From Tubiluchus corallicola (lineage: Eukaryota; Animalia; Priapulida): a stretch of DNA of 64,000 bases. Location: the NCBI GenBank assembly GCA_030141605.1, contig JAQGDQ010000012.1:62001-126000 (forward strand). The letters run 5' to 3'. A program made the position numbers and the translations under genes. Below the pieces are notes generated by a model. The model did not search any database and was not told where the DNA came from. It worked only from the letters and a program-made list of their open reading frames with translations. Shown here in pieces: positions 27,796 to 41,063 of this stretch. Positions within the stretch are counted from its first letter, which is position 1. Every line of letters starts with the position of its first letter.

Positions 27796-30700
27796 ATGCC
27801 GAAGGATAGCTTGAAGGATAAACTAGAAGGAAATGAATTAGATTTGAGTTTGAGCGATATTTCTGTCATTCCGGTGAAAGAATTGGTAAGCATTTATATC
27901 CAGTCCACTGGTTAGCTAGTAATGATTATTCCACAGTCATCCTAGAACCGTCACAACCGCTAGTTAATTTATATCTCATTTTATCATTTTCTATGATATC
28001 ATAACGACTTTAAACGACTTTGTAGCACAATGCCTTCGCCTTCACCAGTGTTTGAGTAGCTGAGCTCATTGTTTTGGAAAAAAGTTTATGTATTTACTGT
28101 AACTCCTGATAGGGACCGTATTTTTTAGTGTTTTACAAGCCTTGGTTATGTATTTTCTTACGTATGCATTGTCTGTAAGTGTGTTTTATGGAGATGCGTC
28201 TTGGGCTTGCTTAGGCGTAGTTATATGTCATTTTTCCTTTCTTGGATGGTGAATCACTAGCTGGCTGTAACTATTTAGACTGTACTTACATTTGTCATAG
28301 TGAGGTGAGTGAAGGTGAGTGATTAGCTGAGTAATAGTGAATGATCACATGATGTGCTTCCCAACCAAAGCTAGGCAACACCAAAGCTGGCTCCCATACT
28401 GATTCTGGCAGTTAATCTTGATAATGAGCAAGATTCTGATCTCACCACAAGTATCAACATTAAGTAGGCCCAACCATTGAATACTGGATTCTGCCTTGTT
28501 GAATTGTATAAAAAAGTTAAGATGAGCAGTTATAATAAATGAACTGGCCAGTTGTGCAAGTTTATACCATTTTAGTAAAATTTTAAATCGGTTGATGAAT
28601 ATTTTTGTTTATTTTCAGGCACAGCTTCCTAAAGCAACACACTTGGACCTGTCTTGTAACAACATCATAGAAGTTCCTGTAATTACTGTTTTCTATTTTC
28701 TGAGTCTAAGCTAATGTTGTGTCTGTGAAGATTTTTCACTGTATGAGTTCTACTAATTAATGACAGTCTCATTATTTGATTGTTATGTATTAGTGTGGCT
28801 AATATGATAGTGGTTAATTTGTATTTAATGCAAACTGTACGAATAGTTAATAGTATACTTTTCTGCCTGCCACTGAACTTCTTACAAGTTTATTGCATAG
28901 TTAGGGTTGTGCAAACAGTATGGTGGCCTACCTCTTGTCCTAGTCATCTGCTTGATACCATAGTAGTAGAAGAGTGCTGTTTTAGTGAGTGGATATACTT
29001 TCCTATGCTGTTCAGTTGGAATTAACAGTCAGCAAATGTGGCAGAACAAATTCAGACTATGCAGACATCATAGAGAAATGCATTTCTTGAAATCTGTCAG
29101 TCACAATGCTTTGGTAAAACACAGAATACTTTATTATGTGATGCTTTTCTCACAGCACTGCTCTGTTTTAGCAGTCATAACACATAATGCTACATAATTT
29201 TCATCAGGTGCTACCTAATTTTAGTTTTTCAAGTATTTCAGATTCAGTTTTAGATTTTTGTCTATGCATAGTAAAGAAAATGTTGGGCTCTCAAAAATGT
29301 AGACGATGATGTAGCTTAAGAAAGCAACATGTATGAAAGTTAGCGATGCCTGTTTAAACCAGTTGCACTATTGAACAGTTCTGATAAATATTTTAGACAA
29401 CTAACCTAAAATGTGACAGGACTTTAGACATCTCTATTTTATGCTGTTTTTTGTTTTTACAGCAGTTATAAAATGCTGCACAAAACTGAAAGATTGCTGC
29501 ACAATTCTAAATTTGCATAGCACTTTCTGGAAACTTTAAGTGTAAATTCAGCTCTGAAATCTATTCTGATATATATTAAAATAGACTTCTTTGGAATCAG
29601 CATCTTGAGCACCTAGAACAATATGTATTTAGTAAGATTCAAATTTTATACTGATCAATCAAGTAAATTGGTTTTTCTAGGATGCGTTTTGCTTTTTGCA
29701 ACATATCACAGTTTTAGACCTTAGCAAAAATCAGATTCGATCGTTGCCACCTCAGTTTGGTGAGCTCTCTATGCTACAGAAATTGGACCTGTATAAAAAC
29801 AAACTCATGATTCTCCCTGTGTCATTTTGTCATTTAAACAAGTAAGTTGCCTAATCAACTGCTCACTGTATTAAGACATTGTGGTATTAATAAAAAGTGT
29901 TCGTTAGAAATAATGGAACGCTTTATTATACTTTACTGTTTATACAGTTTGCTTGTTGATGTCGGAATTTTTTTATTTGTAATTTTTGAGTGAGTATATT
30001 GTGAGCCATTCATCAAGGTTTCCTTGTTTAGATGAGTTACCTTATGGATTTCCAATCTTATTTCTGCTTTATTTGCAACTTGTGAGATTTGTTGGCATAA
30101 AGACTTGTAACCAGCATGTATATTTTGTTTGCTAATCAGATTATGACTCTGAAACTTATCAAAACATTTACTATTAATCAATAGGTTATTTTTGCATTAT
30201 AAGTGTCATTTTGCTCAGTGTTTGTAAGTTGCGCATATATGGAATTTATATTTATTATACAGGCTGAGATGGCTGGATCTTAAAGATAATCCTCTTACAG
30301 AGACTCTTGCTAAAATAGCTGGTGATTGCTTAGATGACGAACAATGCAGAAAATGTGCTAAGCAGGTATTGCAAATTTCCTCAGTATGGTTTTGTAGGTC
30401 TTAAAATCTTATATAACTTTTCCTTTCTTAAGCATTGTAGATCATCAAATTGGATGTCATTGATAAAATCTATTTAATTAGTTCAACATGGACATGGGCA
30501 TAGCAGAGATTGCTATTACTTGGCATTTACATTTATTATCACATACCATGTAGGGCATCAGTAAGTGCCATTTTTCACATGATGTAACCCAGTTGCATTA
30601 TGAAACTTGCAGCCTCCCAGAGAGAGAAATGGACACATGACGGTGTGACGCCATCGCGGTCGTTTCATCACAAATTAAAAAAATAACTCAATCTTTATGG

Positions 30701-33700
30701 GTTAACTGCTTTGTTAACCAGTAAATTAAAAATGAAAATATAGAAAAGATTACAAAAAAACTGAACCACGTTTTTACACCATCTTTCATCTGCTCCCTTT
30801 TTAAATGTTTTTCTACTTTCCAACATGCGCATGTTACAGCGCACTCGCTACGACTCTCGCGCTGACAGACGGGTAGAAGTGGTAACACTGACGTAAAAGT
30901 GCATTAAAAATGTGGGGTCATAATGTTTTTCAATGTGGCAAAAAATAGCACAGGTCAAAATGGAAAAGTAGGTAAAATGGCACAGGAAAAAAATGGCACC
31001 CTTAGTAATATATGTGCCTAGGGTTAGGGTTACAGTGGGAAATAATTATTTTAGTTATTTTTACCTTCACCCTGGAAGTTATACTTCGACACAGTTTATT
31101 TGTTTGTTTGTCTGCTTCTTTGGTTGTTTTCTTTTTTGTCTGTTATGGCAGTAACCCTATTACACAAAAGCTATTTACAGTAGGTGCCGCTTAATAGATT
31201 CACTTTGGGACGGAAGTGTTTTGACCCAATTAACCGACTGAGTCAATTAGCTGAAGAGTTTAGTATATTGCTACTATATAAGTGTGAGTCATCACTCATC
31301 ACCCTAGTATGCCTTGCAAAGACTTTAGATAATTTATATATATATATAAAAATTTAAGAAGCATAATTTATATAAGCGAATTAATAAGCAAAAAAAAGAA
31401 TCTCAAAAATCTGATTATTATCATTAAAAATTACAAAAATTCATGCAAGGTCGGTTACTTCATTTCTTCACGAAGAAGTTGGTTTCCGAAATTCTCATAG
31501 TGATAAAAACAGTGGAAATCTGTTACAGTAGACTTGGCATATTCAGGAAAAACACCTAGTCGCCTAGTGCTTGAGCTGTAGTTGCTGATGACCTTGTGAA
31601 CAGCAGCAGCAGGTTCAAAAGCAAATCGATGGGCAAGTGATTAAATGTTTAGCTTCCAAAAACAACAGGTTAATTGCAGTGGACGAGCGGGTGACAGATT
31701 CCAAGCAAAACCACTATGTTAACGTATTAGCGCATGCGATAAACATGCTGTACCTGCTTAAAGCTGTACTTAACATGACTGTTTCTACCTATGTTATAGT
31801 GTACAGAATCCATACAAAGATGACATTAGAGCAGTAAAAGCTCTTTGGGCAAACACAAGTTTCTTATTTTAAGTGTGTGAAGTAAAATATTGAGTTAATT
31901 AAGCAGAGTTATTTTAGTCAATTACCGACAAGTTTTATATACACTTGAATAGGAGGAGCCCATTCCAGGTGTTTCTGAGTCAATTACGTGACTGAGTCTA
32001 TTAACCATGAATCTAATAAACGGTGCCTACTATAACAGATTTCCAAGAAACTTTGTTGAGAAAGGATATAGATTGCCAAAATAGGAATCTTTTTGCTGGT
32101 TCTTTTTTTGCAAAACTTGACCGAACACCACATATAAAAAACGTTCATGAAGCACTTCATGAAGGTCTTAGAGGAAGTGTTTAGTACTTCTTTTGTATTA
32201 TCTCCACCAGGACACACAACTACGAGTTAGTTCGAGAAAATCTCACTTGTAAAACTGTGTAACGCTGTCTAAAACCTTTTCTTATTAATGAGTATAGCCC
32301 TATAAGGACAATTATTATATATATATATATATTTGTCAGTCTATTACCACAGCCAAAATTTATGGTGAAAAAAGTAGATGAACACCTATGTTGAACATTC
32401 CTGCATTACTGATTACAAATCTATTTAATGAACAAATATTTTGTGAGTCTTTTGCTAGTCTGTATAATACCAATACATGTACAGTTTTGTGTGTTTGCTT
32501 GTTTATCTTTGTGTTAAATTTTCTTTAGTCAAAAGAATCAGGCGAATAAGATTAGGATTGTTCGACTTTGGCAGAATCTGCTTCCTACTGAGCGCATTCT
32601 AGTTTTATTATAGAAATCAATTGCATCAAAATAACACATGTGCCATTTTTCCTAGTTTTCCATCTGTCATTTTTTCCAGTGCCATTTTTCCTATGCCATT
32701 TTTTTCTGTGTCACTTTTACCACACATTTTTTTGCTGTGGCATTTTTACCTACTTTTCCATTTGTGCCATTTTTTTCTATGCCATTTTTACCGTGCAGCA
32801 ATGTTTTTCACTATGAAAATGATTATTAACTAGGGACAGCACTTCATTAGGTCACAGCTTCATTTTGCTGACAGCAAAATCATTAGGCCATCCTTCTTCT
32901 TCCTTTTCAAGATGCAAAAAATCCAATTTGTACAACATTTTCACAGCAAAGACAATTTTGCAAGCTAAAGTAAATGCCTTTACTAAGGCATTAACTGGCA
33001 ATTTATGCATTTTTGTTCCACATCTTTGCCAAATAAGCTAGGAAACTATCTGTATAATAATGATATGCGATATGTGTGATATTAGCTTGTTCTTGATACA
33101 ATATTGAGTCTGTATTAGCTTGTTCTTGATACAATTACATAATTATCTTGCCTCACCTCACACATTGTCCAAGCAGTATGTTTTTTGACATTGAATACTG
33201 CTGTAATGTTGTCATTTCAAAGTTGTTTGTTTGTGTATCTTTGTGAATTTTGTAATAGTTTATCACCATCTTTGCACTATTGCTATTACCATGTTGTTTT
33301 CTAGGTGGTGGAATATTTTAGGCAAGTGCAGTCTGCACAGGAAAGAGAAAAACAACGGCAGCTAAAAATCCAGAGAGGTAAGTGGCTGCCTTTACTATAA
33401 GCCAAATGTCAAGATACTATACTAAAATGTTAAAAACTGTCTAGGACATCTAGAGAAGTAGATATTGAAGATGCATTTGGCACTAATCTTGAAAAAATGA
33501 CACTATTATTTACTTTGTTTTTAACACTTTTAGCAGTGCTTTATCTACTTGCCTCTTTGATGAAACAGTGTCACAATCAGTGATTTGCATTTAGTAATTA
33601 ACCAGTAATGATTGTGTATTAGATGATTGAAATTTATTAATTAGCCTTCATGACAGTTTTACTGTTTTGGATTTGCTAAAAGAATATTTTAAAAATGTGT

Positions 33701-36192
33701 TTGCAATAATTGCATTTCAAAAATCTTATGTACCTTTTACACAAAGACTGTTTTCAATAAGTTTTGTAGACAAACATCACCATCATACCATCACTTCACA
33801 GCAGAGTTTAGTAAGCAGCATATATTCCTATATTCAATTAGATTTAGCTCTTTTGGTTGTATCTCTATGCAAGTGGTGCCATACCTGTGCCCACTGAGAG
33901 GGTGTTGAAACTGGTGCACTGTACTGTAGCATGAGAGCCCTTAAGACACTCAAAAAATATGCAGATTGGCAAAAAGGTTTTTCATTGAAAGTTTTGATGG
34001 AATCAATGTAAATCAACAGAATAAGACAGATTGCAGGCCTTACGAAAAAGGCAGGACGAAAATTCCGAGGCTGTGAAGAGGGCTTCCAAATCAAGTTTGC
34101 ACCATCACATCTTCATTTCTCAGGCTGATCACTCCTGCATTGTTACTAACTGTCAAGCCTTTTTGTCATTACCAAGTAATTAACTTGAACTCTACCTATA
34201 TTTTGTCTAGAACTGTAAGGATTTAGAATGTATGATTAAGTGCTTATGATTTGACACTCATAGTACAAACAAGTAGGAGTCAGTATGACTGAATTATGTT
34301 AGTGGATGTAAAACTTTTGTTACATTTTGTTTAGAAATGGAAGCTCAGCGAAAAATTGAAGAAGAAAAAGAAAGAGAGCAAGTGAAACAAGCTAAAAAGC
34401 TAGAAAAGGAAAGAAGGCGAAAGGAGTACCAAGAAGCTCAGATTGAAAAACGGAAAAGAGAAGCAGCGTTAGCCGCAGAGAGAGAAGAGGAACAAAAATC
34501 CTCAATGAGTGAAAATGGACAGATACAGAAAAATCAGGTCAACAAAGAAACATATCAATCAGGTGAAAAATCATTTATACTGTCTTACTATCCATTGCCA
34601 ATTATGTATAGTATTTTTGTGAGTTAGTTGCTTGTTCAAAGTGTTTTTAAGTAAACATAAATGTGCTAGATTGTATTAATATTGGTTTTTGCTGCACAAG
34701 TAACTTACAACTTCTTGACATTTTTGGCAATGTCAAAAACAGTTTTAAGATTCTGCTTCTATGACACTACTTTATTTATGCTTTATTTGATCAATTATTT
34801 GTCTGAAGATCGTAAAGTTGTTTTTTTAAATTTGCCATGCTTGGTTACCTAAGAATTCAACTTCATGATATTGAAATCTGTTACTGCACAATTTGATCTT
34901 GAATTGACATTAACTTTTTGGCTGAAGTTTGTAATTTTGCTTTTATTGAAATTGCTATGTTTCAATAGCTAACAATTTAATTTACTACAGTTCATTTCAG
35001 TCAAATGTGTTGAAGAGGGTAATTTTGCTCTTAATGAAATTGCCATGCTTAATTATGTAGAAGTCGCACTTCACATCAATAAAATCTGTTATTTCATAAT
35101 TTGCAATTGACGTGAGCTTTAGACATTTGCTTCAAGGTCACACTATTGCAACTTATTAAGGGAACGGAAAGGCACAGGAATAATAAATAAAGATAGTTAA
35201 AAGTCGGGAGTAAATGAAGAAGTTTTTGCTCTGTAGCAATTATTCTCAGCTATATGTGTTCACCAAGCAGGCCTGTTTAAAGATCAACATTCACAATTTC
35301 TAAATTTGCAGGAACAACCTGGAAACTCTGTTTTGAGCTAGATAAGAAATTTGTGCTATATGGTACTTTTCTCCACTGTTTAAGATTTAACTACAGAACT
35401 GTATTGCAGTGCGCAGTAACTCATTGGTACATTCACCAAGCATCCCTGTTTAAAATGACACCTGTTGGTCTCAGAAAAGAACAACATTTGCAATCTTTGT
35501 GAATAATAATTCTACATTTGCATGGACAAATTTAACACAGATTTTTGAGTCTGTTTGGCAGCTGTATTTTCTTATTAATACTTATGACACTAGTGAGAGG
35601 AACCACCACAACGTTTGTATACTAGGCTGCAGAATTTGACGATAGCTCCGCATTACAGTACTGTCTTGACACATAGTCACCCATTTTTGTAACACTTATA
35701 CACTATGCAGTGACACTTTGTGCATCGTATTAATGTTTTTTGGCTGTACCTTTTTTCAGAATGACCAAGGCTGCCAAGTGACCTATAATTGAAGTGTGGC
35801 AAAGTTACTGTTCACTTTGTTTCAAATGTTAACTGTTTAGTCTAACTACCCAAATAAGAATTACTGTTCTTTTTATTTGTTTAGGTGATTGGAGATTTTA
35901 CATTTGGTTTGCATCCTTCATCGTTGCAATTTCTGCCATTATTGGAGGCTTTTACTTTTACTGCATGCAGGCATACGTTGCCCCCTCCAGTGACTATTGT
36001 GTCACATTCACAACTACTTGGGCAGCAATTTATCAGAAAGCAGAGGAGACTATTCCGGCTGCTGGTAATAAAATCATGGATGCTTTCCAGGCAGTGTCCC
36101 TTATTGTCATCCAGAGTTGGAATGTCTTGATAGAGGGGATTCTACTGTGCATATCAAGGATACAGGATATTATAAATGACTTGCTTAAATAA
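27796..36192 (+). CDS. LRRC59: Leucine-rich repeat-containing protein 59 (ER ribosome receptor p34), 7 exons, 340 aa
   Basis: Exons 27796-27885, 28619-28678, 29681-29841, 30263-30365, 33305-33377, 34335-34562, 35885-36192 (1023 nt). [73 protein letters not shown], a charged coiled coil (EKERRRKEY) and a TM helix ([23 protein letters not shown]) match the recalled LRRC59 architecture. Confidence 0.94.
30934..32797. mobile_element. Foldback-type element with modular GTGCCATTTTT repeats and a telomere-like motif
   Basis: 30941-30999 (AAATGGAAAAGTAGGTAAAATGGCACAGGAAAAAAATG) is the inverted counterpart of about 32726-32775. Right arm is an array of TGCCATTTTT units (32639-32797). TAGGGTTAGGGTTA at 31019-31032. 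Related fragment at 43265-43330. Confidence 0.55.
31178..32032. mobile_element. Tigger/pogo-like MITE (family B), nested inside the foldback element
   Basis: TA|CAGTAGGTGCCGCTTAATAGATTCA ... TGAATCTAATAAACGGTGCCTACTA|TA. Homologous, in inverted orientation, to 53321-53937. Confidence 0.8.
33835..34140 (-). mobile_element. Possible 3' fragment of a non-LTR retrotransposon (CR1/L2-like)
   Basis: Minus-strand peptide [13 protein letters not shown]...[10 protein letters not shown] loosely resembles the post-RT tail of CR1/L2 ORF2 (R..F..SFF.R.I...S...FK); GC-richer than the host intron. Confidence 0.25.
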
Positions 36193-37099
36193 CAAAAAGA
36201 ATGAGTAGCCTTTCGGAAAGGGAACATTGTTGTGTTATAACAATTACTAATATTTAAATCATTGTTTTATTGCATTCTTTTGTCTTCAATACATTTTTAC
36301 ATAAACTAAAGGAAAACAGTGCAAATTTTATAAAAACCATAAAAACAATTTAAACGTTAAAAGACAAAATTTTTTTTCAAGAATGGTTTACATTGTGACT
36401 CACAATTTCACTTTTTCACTGTTGCATGCTGTCAGTCATAAAAATCGTTGCTACAATCAGATTAGCAGAACTCATAACAGTCATAACATCTGATCAGGCT
36501 TGTGAAATCAAGTTAGCCAAGCAATAAACTTAAAATTTAAAATTTGTTAAGTTTGTGAATTTCAATATCATTGTATAACAAAATTTATTTTCCGGATAAA
36601 CGTGTGCGAAACGTTTATGGCATGTTCCTTTCATTAGAAAAAATTTCCCAACGTTCACGCCATCACTAGCAGCAGTCACCGATAATTAAATTTCTAAGCT
36701 AATATTTAATTGCTAGAGGAAATTTGGTAATAATTATTATAGGCAATAAAATATGTATTTTAACTCACTGGTCAAAATAAGGTATGGTCTGAAAAATTGT
36801 GCAATTTACCTTTAAAGGTTAAAATTACATAATCATGGCTCCATGTTTGGTTTCAAGGACATTGGTAGTTGGCACAACCTGGTCTTGTAGCTAATCCAGC
36901 CAAAATTCAGGATCAAGCAAATCTGTTTGATGTTCATGTGATTTACAACATAGACTAATGTAATTATAGTCATACGAAGTTTTTTCAACTTTCTATCTAA
37001 ACTTTTTCTATTTAAGTTATCTATTATATGTGTTGAAGCATATTAATTATTCTTACTAAATTCTGCATATTAAGGTCTAAATTTTAGTGGTACTGGGTA

Positions 37100-38462
37100 C
37101 AGTAAGTCCTCCCTTAATGACTCCCCCATTTAACAACATTTCGTTTTAACCACACTAAACATTTGACACCTTTTTCTCACTTAACGACGTATGTTTCATT
37201 TTGATGATGATTTTTTTTACTTTGCCAAAAGCCATTTCTTGTTTTATCAACAACATTTTTACCTAATTTGAAGCACTAAAACATAATAAATTGCATTATT
37301 TTGTTCTAAAAACACTAGTGACGTGAAACAGTAAGATTTTTATTTATATTTTTGCTTCCCGACTGAATGCTAGCCAGTTGTATAAATGGAGATCTATTTT
37401 GGGGACGCCTGGCAGCAAACTTTAGGTAAGGAACTTCGCCTGCAATCTGTTGCTGCAGCAACCAATATCTAGACGATATATTCTCAAGGTCTTCCTGGCC
37501 TGGCTTTTACTATGCAGTGTTCAACTCGTAGCTGCGTAGTCAGTGCTTGAACGTTAACACTAGCTAGGTGTTTGTAAGAATATAGGTAGTTTTAATCAAG
37601 CAGAAAGAAATTAATTAGTAGAAATAGGAATACTGTAAGTCCTCATTTAACGATGCTGATGCATTCCAGTAGAATGCGACGTTAAACAAAACGTCATTAA
37701 ATGAAACAAAGGCTTCCATAGAAGGCAATTTAAAAGAATTTATGTTCCAGAGGCAAAAATCAATGCTACTTAATTCATGTAAATTAAACACTTAAAGAGT
37801 TTTATTCATATTTCTACTGACTAATTTCTTTCTACTTGCTTAAAACTACCTATAATTCTTACAAATACTTAGTTAGCATTAACGTTGAATCCCTGACTGC
37901 ACAGTTACGGATTGAACACTGAGTAGTAAAAGCCAAGCCCAGGAAGGCCTTGAGACAATTTCATCTAGATATTGGTTGATATAGCAACAGGTTGCAGGCA
38001 AAGTTTCTTGCATAAAGATTGCTCCCAGGTGCCTGCAAATAGATCTTACTTTATACAACTTGCTAGCATTCAGTCGTGAAGCAAAAGCATAAATGAAAAT
38101 CGTACTGTTTCACGTTACTAGTGTTTTTTTAGAACAACTGTTTTAATGCTTCAAATTAGGCAAAGATATTGTTGCTAAAATAAAAAATGGCTTTCATCAA
38201 AGTAAAAAAATCATTAAAATGAAACATGTGAGAAAAAGGTGTTAAATGTTTAGCATCATTAAAACGAAGCATCGCTAAGCGGGGAGTCATTAAGCAAGGA
38301 CTTGCTGTTTAATTTATATGAATTAAGTAGCACTGATTTTGGCTCTGGAACATATCTCAATTCTTTTACATTACTTTCTATAAAGTCTTGGTTTCATTTT
38401 GCGACGTTTTGCTTAATGTCGCATTTTGCTGGAATGCCTTAAGGTCATTAAATGAGGACTTA
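37100..38462 (+). mobile_element. Family A MITE (outer copy) interrupted by an inverted copy of itself
   Basis: Left part 37100-37632 starts TA|CAGTAAGTCCTCCCTTAATGAC. Right part 38308-38462 ends GTCATTAAATGAGGACTTA. The joined halves are colinear with the copy at 50713-51284. Confidence 0.8.
37633..38307 (-). mobile_element. Family A MITE (inner, inverted copy)
   Basis: Starts TA|CTGTAAGTCCTCATTTAACGA, ends GGAGTCATTAAGCAAGGACTTGCTG. The interior is the reverse complement of the outer copy (e.g. GCTTCCCGACTGAATGCTAGC at about 37355 vs GCTAGCATTCAGTCGTGAAGC at about 38062). Confidence 0.8.
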
Positions 38463-40688
38463 GTCTAGTTCATAACTTATAACAATGTGGAGTTGTAATA
38501 AAAATAATATTCATTAAAATGGCCATTGTGGTGAACTTATGAAGTGCATCATATGAACTCGACAAATGTGATAATGTCTGTTTTGATAAGATACAGATAT
38601 CTAGGCTTTTCACTCCACATAATGTTCCTTTTTCGATGCTGCTACTCATTACTTGCATGCATGTTTTTCTGGTGTGATTACAAGATACATTTAATTAAGG
38701 CATATGATTATTTTATTAGTTTCAATTTAAAGCTTTATATTATTCATCATTTTAAGCTTAATATTGTAATTAGTGCTACTGTCTGCTTTTTTGGTGCTGT
38801 TTTGACACACTATATTTTTAAATATTCATTGGACAGCTACATTATGTACAATTAGGAAGAGACTCTCTTGTAAATGATTTCCATTTCTCATTTTCATTCC
38901 AATTCATGTAATGCTGAAAAAGCAAAACCAATAGCCAATGTATATATAGCATGTGGTATCTAGTTTGGATTAATTTTATATTAAATATGAAAAGGTTGTT
39001 GAGAACACAAGCTTTCAGTGTTTTTACATGGGCACAAACAAGCTCCTGTGTTGGTATAATTTTAACAGTGGAAGAAGATATGACGTTAGAAGTTTTAAAA
39101 CAATGTTTACTTTATGCTGAAACTGGAAATTATAAGTGCTGCACGTTCACAGTTAATGTGGGCTTACACTGACAAAATGAAGGAAATCATTCAGAAACAT
39201 TTTTACTACTCGTCTATAAGTAATGTTGCTGCTCGATTACTTACTGAAGGAGTATTATGTTCCAAGCATAATGCAGAAAAATGCGATCCTATCGTTACTT
39301 CAATATTACAAACTGGTACGACATTACACTTTTGAGAATGCCAATCTTGTGACTGCCAAGTAAAGTTCTTCTTGGTGCTGAGTGAGGTAGCTCATCATCC
39401 AGTTGTATAGACATCTGCTGGACTAGTGCCTTTAAGAAATTATAACTAAGAGATGTATTGTACCCACAGGCCTAACAAGCAGCAAGGAGTTCTGTGGGAA
39501 TGTTGGCCGCATATGCATATTACTGCATTTAAGGGTGTTTTGGAAGCAGTTAAGAGCACTTCAATGGAGCAATTTGTTTTGGTTGAAACAAACAAATATT
39601 TAGTGTTTTGTAGACCTTGAACATACCTTCGTCAATTTTTCTTTGCAGATAATGTTCAAAAAGAATTTTTGTGTCTTCTGCATTGCATGACATTAAATTC
39701 AACGCCAATTTTAAAGAAAAACCAGACCCCATTTATAAACCATATAAAAACTTTATGGCTCTAAACAATTTACCCTATAAAATATTGAAAGGGAACATGC
39801 TATTTTGTTCAAAAATGGTTTACATGAAAGAATTATTACCACAAAAATATAATTTAGCATATTCATGGTTAGTTCTTTGCTGTTACATACATTTCGCCAT
39901 TCGCTTGACAGGCATTAGTGCTTGTATTTCGGAAGTGTGTTGCACATCAACAGGTTCCCTAGCTCTCAGTTCAGAGATGTTCAGTTGTGACATAGTGCAC
40001 ATGTTCAAGAGCTCATGCGTAAGTGCAGAGAAAAACTCCAGTAAAAAATCAATTTTAATCTTAATATAAAACTTGTGCTTTTGTATATCACACTTCAATT
40101 TTCACTTTCGCAAACACGTACAACGCACTTGTGAAATGTTTGTACTGCTGAAAATTATGTTTAGTTGTAATGTTGTCACTAGTTGGGCTCACCTGCCGTT
40201 AACTAAGTTTTTATATTATTATTATCAGAAACGTTTTGGCATTATTGAAGGTGTTAAAATGTATGCTTTTTACTGTACTTCATCACGTTTCTTTAATTTT
40301 AGCAATTACTGATATACCTGATAATAAAGTATGAAAGGGGAAAATGAACAACTCTAACACCCCTGCTAGCTCGGGTATAAGGGGAGCCTGCAGAGGGTAT
40401 ATCTCACCCAGTTTTTGTTTTAAAAAAAGACCTTGTGCTGGGCCCAGGTAAAGTATGGACATTCCCATGCAGTAATTGAAAGTAATCGTTGGCGGTGGAT
40501 GGCAGCCAACAAGGAGAACAGTTGGGATGGATTTCAGACAGGCCAAGTGGCAAATGAGGTGCAGGTCCCATTGCTGGATGATGGTGGTCGCAAGCAGTTC
40601 AGCATGAAGCTGAGTTGACATAGCATAATAATTAATAATATAGGTTCCTCTTGGAATATTTTTGATGACAATCATTCAGTATATGCAG

Positions 40689-41063
40689 TAGGCATGAGTG
40701 TTCCGAATTCGAATCGAATTAGTGATTTGTGAACTCGAATAAAACTGAAATTCCAGATATCGAATTCGAATTAAATTTTAAACATTTTCGAATAAAGTTT
40801 TGAACCACTAATAAAAACCGTCTCACAAAGATCATGTATATTACTTGGTTGTTCTACTACTCTGCCATAAAAATACTAATAAATTTGTTTAAAAATTGTG
40901 CAAAGAAATTGCAGCTAAACTGTGTTGATGTGCATGCTGTTTTATAATGTTCTGATGATAAGGAATGTATGTATTTGAATTCGAACAAAAAAACTCGTTC
41001 AAATTGATTTTGAGTGTTCAAATTCGATTCAAACGTTCGATGCTCAATAATTGCTCACTCCTA
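40689..41063. mobile_element. hAT-like MITE with TTCGAA subterminal repeats
   Basis: TAGGCATGAG ... CTCACTCCTA termini; clusters of GAATTCGAA/TTCGAT at both ends; no recognisable TSD. Confidence 0.55.

Noticed and set aside
36310-36811. Second Kolobok-like element (AGG...CCT|TTAA)
   Set aside because: Left flank is CTAA and the TIR match is weak.
39891-40147. Minus-strand frame with four in-frame TGA codons (selenoprotein idea)
   Set aside because: The same frame also has a TAA, and no SECIS or selenoprotein motif is recognisable.
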